Positions 11,601 to 23,549 of a stretch of 64,000 nucleotides of DNA are shown here, one piece after another. The stretch is from assembly GCA_964035545.1 (NCBI GenBank), contig OZ037765.1, positions 35,116,080 to 35,180,079 on the forward strand, in the 5' to 3' direction. The notes beneath the pieces were generated by a model. The model saw only the letters and a program-made list of their open reading frames with translations, had not been told where the DNA came from and did no database searches. Position numbers and translations under genes: made by a program. Numbering within the stretch: the first letter of the stretch is position 1; each line of letters begins with the position of its first letter. This stretch comes from Bugula neritina. Taxonomy: Eukaryota; Animalia; Bryozoa.

Positions 11601-14600
11601 GTTTTTACTTTCAGTCAAACACAAAGAATGGCCGACGGAAAGGGTTAGTCCGGCGCCTGAACCACTCTACTAGTAGCATCTCGGACAGCTCGGGCAGCGT
11701 GGTGAGACAGGTGAGTCAGTGTATTCATCACGGCACTGCTGTCATAGTACCATTACTCAGTAGCTGATACCTTTAGATATGGTAGTATATATACAACATA
11801 ATACTGTATGCTTCCACAGTATCTAAACAGAGTTGAAGAGCCTATTACCTAATGCTATATGCTATACTTACTTAATGTGTATATATAAATATACTTACTT
11901 AATGTGTATATATAAATATACTTACTTAATGTGTATATATACTCAGCATGTGGTAATTAAAGCTGTTGCGATGAACATTGTCTGAATATTTGACCAAGGG
12001 ATTACCTAAATACTCCCCTACCTGTGTTTAGCTCCCCACATAAACTGCTCCTACACTACCACAGTAGCTGCTACACTGCTACAGTATCTACTACACTGCT
12101 ACAGTAGCTGGTACACTACCACAGTATCTCCTACACTACCACAGTATCTCCTACACTACCACAGTAGCTGCTACACTGCTACAGTATCTCCTACACTACC
12201 ACAGTATCTCCTACACTACCACAGTATCTCCTACACTACCACAGTAGCTGGTACAGTATCTACTACACTGCTACAGTAGCTGGTACACTACCACAGTAGC
12301 TGGTGCAGTATCTCCTACACTGCTACAGTATCTGCTACACTGCCACAGTATCTGCTACACTACTACAGTAGCTACTACACTACTACAGTATCTCCTACAC
12401 TACCACAATATCTGGTACAGTAGCTACTACACTGCTACAGTATCTCCTACACTGCTACAGTAGCTGGTACAGTAGCTACTACACTACTACAGTAGCTACT
12501 ACACTACTACAGTAGCTACTACACTGCTACAGTAGCTGCTACACTTTTCTCCCTTCCCATGCTGGGCTGATATAATGTAGGTAAAGCTGTGAGAGCCACT
12601 CAAATGTTGTAGTAATCTCTTCTGGCAGCAACAGATTTGTTTGATGAAACTGTAGGCAGAGTAGCAGTTATTGTCTTCCCTTGTGTGTTTGGAACACTGA
12701 GGTGTTGTCTACTAGTGTATATAGCCATGGGGCTCTTTATACTAACACCTTTACCACACACAGGCCCATTACCTGTTGACAGTATGTAGAGAACCTGTTG
12801 ACGGTATGGAGATAACCTGTTGACGGTATGGAGATAACCTGTTGACAGTATGAGTGAAGCAGAGAGTATATACTCTACAGGAGTGAAGCAGAGAGTATAT
12901 ACTCTACAGTAGTGAAGCAGAGAGTATATACTCTACAGGAGTGAAGCAGAGAGTATATACTATACAGGAGTGAAGCAGAGAGTATATACTCTACAGGAGT
13001 GAAGCAGTATATACTATACAGTAGTGAAGCAGAGAGTATATACTCTACAGGAGTGAAGCAGAGAGTATATACTCTACAGTAGTGAAGCAGAGAGTATATA
13101 CTATACAGAAGTGAAGCAGAGAGTATATACTCTACAGGAGTGAAGCAGAGAGTATATACTCTACAGGAGTGAAGCAGAGAGTATATACTATACAGGAGTG
13201 AAGCAGAGAGTATATACTATACAGTAGTGAAGCAGAGAGTATATACTATACAGTAGTGAAGCAGAGAGTATATACTATACAGGAGTGAAGCAGAGAGTAT
13301 ATACTATACAGTAGTGAAGCAGAGAGTATATACTATACAGAAGTGAAGCAGTATATACTCTGCAGGAGTGAGCTAATGACTAAAGCATGTAATAGTTAAG
13401 GAAATGAGGGTGGCTGCAGCTAAGGAATGTACTCTTCCTACAGAACTATGTAGAGTCCAGCCTAATGTCTTCCAGTTACTCATAAATTGCTTATAAACGA
13501 GCTGATGGTATTAACTCAACTGCAAACAAGGCAATTATTAGTTTCCTCACCTCATTTATACCTAATTCTTTAAATCAGGTTTGTTTGCTGCTTGCCATTA
13601 CTACTGCTGCCTGGCTGCAGTGTTGTTCTAGTCTCTCACGTTAGTTTCTCACCTACTGCTGCTGCTTTCTCCTCACCTCAGAGGATTAGCTATATATTTC
13701 AACACTTTCGCTGCCTGCTACTGTAAGCATGGCCGATGCGATGGTAAGTGTGGCTGGTGCTGCCGATGGCATGGTAAATTCTGGATATCAGGAAGATGAG
13801 GACTTCTGTTCAGTTGGTGAACTCTCCTCGTCTACGGGCAGCGAATTGGGGGAAACTCCGGTGCTGTCGGACTTGTATTGCTCTAACAACTTTGATGTAT
13901 CTGGAGGTCAACAATCTCCCCGAGTTCATTCCCTCCATTTAAATGAGAACAACTTGGATGAAGTGGTAGGTTACACTGGGAAAGATCTCTCTTGTATTAC
14001 TCTACTTTGGGAGGTTGTTACTTTGGTTCTTCCATTGATTGATCACAGTTGTTATGACTTTTACAAGTTACTTTTTATACTGGATGTTTTCATAGTGTGT
14101 TGACTACACTAACTACTGTAAATCACTATATAATTATCTCCAGTTGAGGGCAATTACTAGTGGATATGTTGTGTGAAATGCCTCCAGACAAAGGAATGGA
14201 AAGACAACAGTGTGAGATGATTTGATTATAGCTGTTAATTGTCAATGTTTCGGTTAACAAGGGATTTGTAAAAGAATTATGTAGAAGTTGTCCATTAGTT
14301 TGCTGACCAATATTTTCTGCCTTAATGGAGGTTTCTCAGTCATTTTTGTTTTTCACCTCGGCTAACATGGATGTGATAGGAAGACTCACACCAATGTCCT
14401 TCTCGAGTCGAATTATACGTAGAATGAGCGGGAGTCAAGATGACTTTGAGCTGGAGATAAATCACCCCCCTATGAGCGAGTATTTTCAAGAGATCTACAA
14501 CGCTGAGCACCCTGAACAGATCCAGGCCAACCACTCTCCAGGAGTTTTAGAGGGCATCAGAGAGCGACTTAGTCCTGCTGGTGCGGCCATTGGTCAGGTG

Positions 14601-17600
14601 ATCAGGAGACTCAGTCAGACTGAAGCTAACATCCGGGAAGAGTTACCAGAGTACCTGAGGGAACTGAACCAGACAAGGGATGGTCAGAGTGGATGCCATC
14701 TAGACAGCAGCAGTGATAAGAGTCGTAGAGGGAGTCTGGTAGCTGATATTAGACAGAAGATAGGGTCCGCCGTACGCAGTCTCAGCACCTTTGAGAACGG
14801 CGAGTATAGCCAACTCTCTGTGGGAGAGACTTTCAGACATTTCCTGGCGCCAGGAGGAGAGAGGAAAGTGGAGGAGGAGCCATTTTATACCGGCCTGGTT
14901 CTGCCAGTGCTAATGAAGGATACAGATGTGACCAGTATCTTCTCTAAGAAGAAGAAAAAGAAATCATTTCGGGAACTTTTTATCCATCCGAAAGTAAAGC
15001 GTCAGGTATAGTTTTGACAAGTTGCTGCAGGTATAGTTTTGACAAGTTGCCGCAGGTATAGTTTTGACAAGTTGCCGCAGGTATAGTTTTGACAAGTTGC
15101 CGCAGGTATAGTTTTGACAAGTTGCCGCAGGTATAGTTTTGACAAGTTGCCGCAGGTATAGTTTTGACAAGTTGCCGCAGGTATAGTTTTGACAAGTTGC
15201 CGCAGGTATAGTTTTGACAAGTTGCCGCAGGTATAGTTTTGACAAGTTGCCGCAGGTATAGTTTTGACAAGTTGCCGCAGGTATAGTTTTGACAAGTTGC
15301 TGCAGGTATAGTTTTGACAAGTTGCCGCAGGTGGGATTCTGGTAAGATGCCCCAACTTGCTGACAGGCAGGTTTTATTGCAAACTTGTAGTTTTGTAATT
15401 TTAGAGTGAACTATTGTTAGAATAGTATTTTAGTTTTCTCATGAGCTGAGCTAGTGTACATATAGTTATACTTACACATCAGTACGTACATATAGTTATA
15501 CTTACACATCAGTACGTACATATAGTTATACTTACACATCAGTACGTACATATAGTTATACTTACACATCAGTATGTACATATAGTTATACTTACACATC
15601 AGTACCTACATATAGTTATACTTACACATCAGTGTGTACATATAGTTATACTTACACATATTGTTTCTAGTGTTTAATGTTTGCAGGAATCTGGAGACTC
15701 CAACTACAGCCACCATTCCCAACACTCCTCTGAACTCTCTCTGGATGAGGACAGGGAAGCTGTGCGGAGGGAGAAGGAACGGCTAGCTCTTGCTCAGTTA
15801 GAGAGGGCCAGGGTCTGTATCCACTCTCATGTCCTGTGTCTTGTTGGTCACACTCACTAGTCACACTCACTAGTCACACTCACTAGTCACTTTCTACTAG
15901 TCACACTCTATTAGTCACACCTGCTAGTCACACACTACTAGTCACACTCTACTAGTCACACTACTAGTCACACTCTACTAGTCACACTACTAGTCACACT
16001 CTACTAGTCACACTACTAGTCACACTCTACTAGTCACATTCTACTAGTCACCCTCTATTAGTCACACTCTATTAGTAACACTCTACTAGTCACACTCTAC
16101 TAGTCACTGCTGCTCCTGTTGAGGAACGTCACACCCTCTGTCTCCACTCTATTACGCTGCGTGTAAACACTACTAATTACTGGCTGATTGATTTCTCATC
16201 TCTCATCTGCCCGCAGGCACAGATGGCACTGTCAGCATCATGTACGGCAGCACCCGGCAGCGCTCTGTTACCCAAGTGCTGCCGCGACTCTCTGTCCGTC
16301 AGCTGACTCATGTTTCAGAGGGCCTGTCTATGGCTGTTTGAAGGAGTGTTTTATGTACTTTCAGACAAAGGCTGTAGCGTTTGCTGTGCGGACGAACGTT
16401 GCGTACGACGGGTCACTGGATGATGACTCACCAGTTCACGGGTGTGCCGTCAGCTTCAGTGTTAAAGATTTCCTGCATATAAAGGAGGTGAGTGGGAGTT
16501 ACTCTCTCTCTCTGTGCGGGGGGGGGGGGGGGAGAGAGGGTTGAGGCAGGGAGTCTACTGAGTTAGTTGTTTACACACAGCAGCCTCCCTGCCTGCTGCC
16601 TTCAGCTAGCCCCTGTTACATAATGTAAACAGTGTTGGGTAACCAGGCCTGCTAATTAACTAGTCTCTCCTCACTTAATTATTTTCTCCTAATTAATTGA
16701 CTAGAGTGATTGCAGGTAACTGACTATTGATTCTGCGTATTGGAGGCTTTGTGTGCTAACTGCATGCTAGTTGTTGAGAATGTAATACTAGTGAATAAAG
16801 TTGAATGTTTAGTTCAAATTTATTACAGAAGTACAATGATGAGTGGTGGATAGGTCGTCTGGTAAAAGAGGGGTGTGACGTCGGCTTCATACCGAGTCCC
16901 ACCAAACTGGAGAGTATTAAACTTCAGCAGTCTGTGGGAACATCTCGTAACACACCTAAAGTGTAAGTTACTACCCCCACAGTGTGACTCACTGGCTAGT
17001 TACCACCCCTACAGTGTGACTCACTGGCTAGTTACTACCCCCACAGTGTGACTCACTGGCTAGTTACCACCCCTACAGTGTGACTCACTGGCTAGTTACC
17101 ACCCCCACAGTGTGACTCACTGGCTAGTTACTACCCCTACAGTGTGACTCACTGGCTAGTTACCACCCCTACAGTGTGACTCACTGGCTAGTTACCACCC
17201 CTACAGTGTGACTCACTGGCTAGTTACCACCCCTACAGTGTGACTCACTGGCTAGTTACCACCCCTACAGTGTGACTCACTGGCTAGTTACCACCCCTAC
17301 AGTGTGACTCACTGGCTAGTTACTACCCCTACAGTGTGACTCACTGGCTAGTTACCACCCTTACACTGTGACAACTCTCACACTAAAGAGGTAGAAATAT
17401 AGTGCTATCAGTGTTTGTACCGAATATTCCATATTCTCATATTATCTGTCAACTGAGGGAGTATTTATAACTGTACTACTATCTAATGGATAGACTGGGC
17501 ACCTGAGTATACATAGCCTTATTCCCTACCTCATGTCACTCACATAGGAGGGGCAACTAAGTGATATTGAACCCTTCGCACTGAAGAAAACTTCCACTGA

Positions 17601-20600
17601 TAGAAAATTCCGGTGAATTAAAGCCCAGGTTCTACTTGCAGCTCCCTAGACAGTAGAGGGGGAGGGGCACTGCCTGTATCCACCTCCACTGCGCTGATAT
17701 TTCTATTACATAAATATTTATATGGCTGTTGATAGGGGATTTGATTATTATTTTCATGTGTTGTTATTTATTGCATAATTTATTGACTAGAAATGTAAGC
17801 TGTTAGTCCAACCTTTGCCCTCCTCTGAATACTTCATCAAAATATTTCACAACAATTTCTACTGTATTATTTATTATTTAATTCCTACATTGTGTTTCGT
17901 GTCCTCCTGAAGGATAGAGTTTCACCTTTTCACCTCACCTTGACCTTAGCTTGACCTTGACTAGTGTAGCTGCCTGATTATTTTATAATTTTGTCAGTTT
18001 TTCCTACACTATTTGGAGTTGAGAGTTTTTACTCTGTAGTTTCTCTATACTCTGCCCTTCATATAATATTATATAGTGTTATATTATATTATATAATATA
18101 ATAAAATAGTTAATGTATTGTAGTATATAATAGTATATTTTAATATAGTTATTGTATTATAATTATATATAATGTAATATTATATAATATGCTGATTATG
18201 TGACATTCTATTGTATTATTATAGCATATGCTATTATTATATCATATGCTACTATGCTATTATGATTTCTAATTGTAGAAAAACAAGTTCTTCGTCAAAT
18301 CTAGACTCTTTTCTTAACAACTCAACAAAGTCTACCAACTCGCGGGGCTCCACTCCCCCCACCCCAGGTGAGCGACCTCCTCCATTTTATTTCTATCTCT
18401 CCGCTGTGACCTTGAACGCTGCTCGGTGTTTGACGTCAGTCAGCTGCCGAGTTGTTTATTTACCCGCTGCCGAGGTCGTGACCCCTTGGATCAGTTGTGA
18501 TGTCCTTGAGCTATTATTAGCTACCAGTCCTTGTGAAGTCTGACCAATCAGTGGACACGTGCTGCCGGCAGCTCAACTCTGCTCTCACAACAAGTTTATT
18601 GTTTATTGAATTCAACTCACAGTACTTTTATTTCTTCTTCTTAAACTCCTTCCACCGGCCGACTGCACCCACTTTCTCACTTTATCTCTCACTTTCTCAC
18701 TTTATCTCTCACTTTCTCACTTTATCTCACACTTTCTCACTTTATCTCTCACTTTCTCACTTTATCTCTCACTTTATCTCTCACAGTTTGAGTGCAGAGC
18801 TATTATTCACAGCACGTTATGATTTGCCAGGCACCGACTTGGAGCCGAATCATATTGAGGAGGAGGAGATAAACACTCTGAACAGAGCGAGTAAAGTGGC
18901 CAACACGCCCTCTGTTGTCAAGGACAAACAGCGCAAAACTACTTTCTTCAAAAAGGTAACCGTCAGCTCTGAGTCAGCTCTGAGTCAGCTGTGACTCAGC
19001 TGTGAGTCAGCTGTGACTCAGTGGTGTAACAGGGGGAGAAGGGGCTCAAACCCCCTCCACAGAATGAGTATTACCTCAACATTATGTAACACATCCACCA
19101 CTGTATTATTTAGTATATGGTTTTGTTGTGTGACGTACGGTATAATTTAGAGTTACTTTCTCCTGTTACAGGTGTGCTATATTATACTAAGTAGTATAGT
19201 ACACTATATACTTAGGAGTTATCTGTTCACTAGACACTGTATCTCGTGTCTTTCTGTGTGTGACTCGTATGTATTGCTGTCGCTAGAGCGCTGTCGTTGT
19301 CACAGGGTGGGGTTCCCTTGGGACACACGCCTTTTGATAGGCAGCAGATGAAATATTCATGATAGTTTGATTTTACTGCTTTGTTTTATTATGGTCTACT
19401 ATAATGTATACTGTAATATAATATACTGTAATATACTATACTGTAATATACTATACTGTAATATAATATACTGTAATATAACATACTGTAATATAATATA
19501 CTGTAATGTAATATACTAAAATATAATATAATATAACATACTGCAGGCTGATAATATACCCTCCTATGAAGTTGTCCCCTCGATGCGGCCCGTCGTGCTG
19601 GTAGGACCGTCACTGAAAGGTTACGAGGTGACGGATATGATGCAGAAGGCACTGTTTGACTTCCTGCGGAAGAGATTTGAGAACCGAATCATGATAACCC
19701 GCGTCTCTGTCGACATCTCCATGGCCAAGAAGTCCACTCTCACCAACTCCTCTAAGAGGGCCGGGTTGGAGCGCTCCAACAGCCGCACTGCTGGAGGTAG
19801 TAGATCTCAGTCTATTTGTCTCTCCAGTCTGCATACTGTATGTGTATGTATACTGTACGTACGTAGTAATTCAGTATTCTCTGTTAGCCAATCATATCGC
19901 TTAGCCTTAGGTTCTCTACTTACACTCTACATAATGCTCACATTCTGAGTCTTTGTCTTGTTATTTCTATCGGCAGATCCGCAGCTGAATAACGGTTAGT
20001 ATGACATCACTTCCTCTTGCTCAGCCTCTTTCTGGTCACAGCTGACTCACTCGTAGTGCTAGTAGCAGTTTCACTTTGTATAGCAGTTTGTTTCACTCTA
20101 TCACTCTGTGACTATGTAACTGTGTGACTATGTAACTGTGTGACTATATAACTGTGTGACTGTGTAACTGTGTGACTATGTAACTGTGTGACTATATGAC
20201 TATGTGACTGTGTGACTGTGTAACTGTGTGACTATGTAACTGTGTGACTATATGACTATGTGACTGTGTGACTATGTAACTGTGTGACTATATGACTGTG
20301 TGACTATGTAACTGTGTGACTATGTAACTGTGTGACGCAAGTGATTGGTTTTTGACGCAAGGTTTATAGAAATATTTTATTCAAACATATTTTGGAGTGA
20401 AATTTTCCAGCTGGGTTAACCAACATGCCCAGAATATCCAAGGGCACCCACCAGTCAGTACCAGCTGATTGTCTGTTGGACCTCTACTCAGGTAGAAACT
20501 TGACTTGAGTTTTGTTGGTGTGACTCATGCTGCCTACTTCTGTGACTCATGCTGCCTGTAATACTGCACCAACTCACACTAGAATGCGCACGGTGTGTTC

Positions 20601-22344
20601 AAGGTCATGTTAAGGTCATATCTCAGCACCTTCTGAATATAGAGTCTGTTTTTAGTTATTCTTTGGCACCTTCTATTTGTATATACATTTATCTGATTGT
20701 GTTAGAGACGCATTATATCGGAGTTAACAAGTTTAGTCCGACTCTTGTGGTGAGATAACTCCACAGGGTTAGTAACTAGTCATAGGGGAGACAAATTCAA
20801 CTTACTCAAGATCAATATAATATATAGTAGAGCATTTCTGTGGGCTTTCAGTTGAAGTACAAGCTGAGATAGAGAGAATATTTGAGTTAGCCCGAGCTCT
20901 ACAACTCGTAGTGTTGGATTGTGACACCATCAACCACCCCTCTCAGATCAACAAGACTTCCCTGGCTCCTATCATAGTCTACCTGAAAATCTCTTCCCCT
21001 AAGGTTGGTTCCTGCTAGAGTACTCTGCTATATACTTCTACGTAGTGTGACATGGTTCCTACTAGAGTACTCTGCTATATACTTCTACGTAGTGTGACAT
21101 GGTTCCTACTAGAGTACTCTACTATATACTTCTACGTAGTGTGACATGGTTCCTACTAGAGTACTCTGCTATATACTTCTACGTAGTGTGACATGGTTCC
21201 TGCTAGAGTACTCTGCTATATACTTCTACGTAGTGTGACATGGTTCCTGCTAGAGTACTCTACTATATACTTCTACGTAGTGTGACATGGTTCCTGCTAG
21301 AGTACTCTGCTATATACTTCTACGTAGTGTGACATGGTGCAATGTGACATAATGTGTCGTGACGTGCTGTGACTGTAGGTGCTGCAGCGACTGGTAAAGT
21401 CACGAGGAAAGTCACAGAGTAAAGACATGAGTGTACAGACAGTGGCAGCTGAGAAGTTGAGTCAGTGTTCAGTGGTGAGTCACTTTCTGTGGTAGTCACT
21501 GTAGTTGTTACTGTAGTAGTCACTGTAGTAGTTACTGTAGTAGTTACTGTAGTAGTTACTGTAGTTGTTACTGTAGTAGTCACTGTAGTTTTTACTGTAG
21601 TAGTTACTGTAGTAGTTACTGTAGTTGTTACTGTAGTAGTTACTGTAGTTGTTACTGTAGTAGTTACTGTAGTTGTTACTGTAGTATTCACTGTAGTTTT
21701 TACTGTAGTAGTTACTGTAGTAGTTACTGTAGTTGTTACTGTAGTAGTTACTGTAGTTGTTACTGTAGTAGTTACTGTAGTTGTTACTGTAGTATTCACT
21801 GTAGTAGTCACTGTAGTTGTTACTGTAGTAGTCACTGTAGTTGTTACTGTTATATTTGCAGGACATGTTTGACATCATACTAGACGAGAATCAGCTGGAA
21901 GACGCCTGTGAACACCTGGCAGAGTACCTGGAGGCGTATTACAGAGCCACTCACCCCCCTCTGCACATCCCCCCTTCTCCCAGCTACCTGCGCAGACACG
22001 GCCCTGACCTCTCTCACCGCTCACACCAGATCCACGGCCACCTGGCAGCACCTGTCGGCCATGACATGCCGCTCCACCGACACAACACGGCGCCAGCCCG
22101 TCACGGCCGCTCAGCGAGTCATCACAGCCCTCTCTCCTCCCCCTCAACCTCACATCACAGTCAGCTCGGCAGCGCTGCCAGTAGACCCTCTAATTATGCA
22201 TATAATGATGATAGACTAAGGACTATGCACCATAACGACTACCAGGGGGCGGGGGCTGACGACTCCTATATTGAACAGTTTGAGATGACCGAGACTTACA
22301 ACAGAGGCTACGGCCACAGACACAGGAGTGGCATCGCTACATGA
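8679..22344 (+). CDS. CACNB: Voltage-dependent calcium channel beta subunit (SH3-HOOK-GK), multi-exon
   Basis: Phase-consistent exons: 8679-8681 (ATG|gtgagt, tentative), 11615-11710 (...GSVVRQ), 15687-15812 ([12 protein letters not shown]...LERAR), 16365-16487 ([12 protein letters not shown]), 16829-16962 ([21 protein letters not shown]), 18279-18367, 18831-18955 (TFFKK), 19547-19796 ([29 protein letters not shown]), 20852-21003 ([16 protein letters not shown]), 21379-21474 ([13 protein letters not shown]), 21862-22344 ([25 protein letters not shown]). Confidence 0.96.
8746..8868. repeat. 24-bp tandem repeat x5 (TTCAGCTGGTCACATGACAC core)
   Basis: Direct inspection. Confidence 0.9.
9116..9401. 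repeat. 17-bp tandem repeat (ACTTGCTAGCACTTGCC)
   Basis: Direct inspection. Confidence 0.95.
9674..10052. repeat. 26-bp tandem repeat ~14 copies (TGTTGATAGATGAGAACATATAGTAC)
   Basis: Direct inspection. Confidence 0.95.
10209..10449. repeat. ~18-bp tandem repeat (ACACTACATGCTATGA)
   Basis: Direct inspection. Confidence 0.9.
10821..11539. repeat. 17-bp tandem repeat ~42 copies (GTAGAGTAGTACTGAGA)
   Basis: Direct inspection. Confidence 0.95.
12048..12545. repeat. 20-bp degenerate tandem repeat (CTACACTACCACAGTATCTC)
   Basis: Direct inspection. Confidence 0.9.
12852..13371. repeat. 29-bp tandem repeat with internal palindrome AGAGTATATACTCT
   Basis: Direct inspection. Confidence 0.95.
13729..13965 (+). 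CDS. Candidate alternative first coding exon of CACNB (acidic/Ser-rich)
   Basis: ATG in good context, 79 open codons ending GTG|gtaggt in phase 0, compatible with acceptor ttctcag at 14339. Confidence 0.5.
14340..15005 (+). CDS. Alternative long N-terminal exon of CACNB
   Basis: 222 open codons ending KVKRQ|gtatag in phase 0, the same position and phase as the VVRQ exon, so it joins exon 15687. Confidence 0.75.
15003..15332 (+). repeat. 25-bp tandem repeat x13 containing the CAG|GTATAG donor
   Basis: Unit GTATAGTTTTGACAAGTTGCCGCAG starts at the first intron base. Confidence 0.95.
15456..15659. repeat. 30-bp tandem repeat ~7 copies
   Basis: GTACATATAGTTATACTTACACATCAGTAC. Confidence 0.95.
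15847..16108. repeat. 12-14-bp tandem repeat (ACTAGTCACACTCT)
   Basis: Direct inspection. Confidence 0.9.
16966..17372. repeat. 32-bp tandem repeat x12.7 starting inside a donor site
   Basis: AGTTACCACCCCTACAGTGTGACTCACTGGCT; begins at +4 of gtaagt. Confidence 0.95.
19977..19994 (+). CDS. Candidate 18-nt microexon of CACNB (DPQLNN)
   Basis: Pyrimidine tract + cggcag|ATCCGCAGCTGAATAACG|gttagt; phase 1-1, frame preserving. Confidence 0.55.
20105..20337. repeat. Minisatellite (ATGTAACTGTGTGACT)
   Basis: Direct inspection; same unit at 36611-36980. Confidence 0.9.
21006..21338. repeat. 47-bp tandem repeat x7 starting inside a donor site
   Basis: TGGTTCCTGCTAGAGTACTCTGCTATATACTTCTACGTAGTGTGACA. 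Confidence 0.95.
21487..21850. repeat. 12-bp tandem repeat (ACTGTAGTAGTT) filling almost the whole intron
   Basis: Direct inspection. Confidence 0.95.
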
Positions 22345-22697
22345 TCTGTACTGTAGTGTGACTGGCGTCGCTACAGTCCACTGTAGTAGCGCGTGTGTTA
22401 CCACAGTAGACTACACACTTACTGTAGATATACATTCTCCCTCTCACGGCTCCACTCACACACAAACCCGCATTACCCGACTAGGTTAGGATAACTCCTG
22501 AAGTTCACAGGCTACACAATGACTCACTCGTTACACTCACTTCCTGTGAAGGAAAGTTGACTGGGCGGAGGCAGGCTGTATTCTGTTGACCTCTTCAGCC
22601 AGTCTCCCTGAGCTCTACTCCACCAGTACTCTCACTTCTAACCTGTTTTATGGAGCACAAGTCAAGATTTATTTATTATCAACAGATTATTTTCTTA

Positions 22698-23134
22698 ATT
22701 GTAACTGAATGCCCACCCATCTCTGTCTACTACTTGTAACTCAGTGCCCACCATCTCTGTCTACTACTTGTAACTCAGTGTCCACCATCTCTGTCTACTA
22801 CTTGTAACTCAGTGTCCACCATCTCTGTCTACTACTTGTAACTCAGTGCCCACCATCTCTGTCTACTACTTGTAACTCAGTGCCCACCATCTCTGTCTAC
22901 TACTTGTAACTCAGTGCCCACCCATCTCTGTCTACTACTTGTAACTCAGTGCCCACCATCTCTGTCTACTACTTGTAACTCAGTGCCCACCATCTCTGTC
23001 TACTACTTGTAACTCAGTGCCCACCCATCTCTGTCTACTACTTGTAACTCAGTGCCCACCATCTCTGTCTACTACTTGTAACTCAGTGTCCACCCATCTC
23101 TGTCTACTACTTGTAACTCAGTGTCCACCATCTG
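22698..23134. repeat. 34-bp tandem repeat ~12 copies in the probable CACNB 3' UTR
   Basis: GCCCACCATCTCTGTCTACTACTTGTAACTCAGT. Confidence 0.95.
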
Positions 23135-23539
23135 CCTCATACTTTGGCTCTTGTTTCCAGTTCATTCTTTTTACTCGTTGATTTTTTTGTACTTTTTAAA
23201 TTGACCAGTTGAGGTCAAGGTGAATTCTGTAGTGAGGTAACTCCTAAATTGTATCTTTTTTGCATATTTCGACGAAGCCTCATTGACATGTGCTGTGGGC
23301 TATATATCACCCCCTCCCTATCACACTACACCCCTATTCGGCTAATGCTGCTAACCCTCTCACCCCCTGTTGTACTCAGTCTACTACACTCCTAGCTCTA
23401 TGACCAGCGATGTAGTTTAATTATCTTTCATTCTTAATTTTTTCGACGATTTTGAATACTAATTCAATAATTCAACATATTTTTGAAACCCTATTTTATA
23501 CACACTCATTTTATTTTATATCGAGTATGCATATTTTAT

Positions 23540-23549
23540 ATTAAATAAA
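23540..23549 (+). terminator. Candidate CACNB polyadenylation signal
   Basis: Overlapping ATTAAA/AATAAA followed by GT-rich sequence. Confidence 0.45.

Noticed and set aside
21320-21878. Mucin-like Thr/Val-rich ORFs
   Set aside because: 12-bp repeat lying inside a defined CACNB intron (21475-21861)
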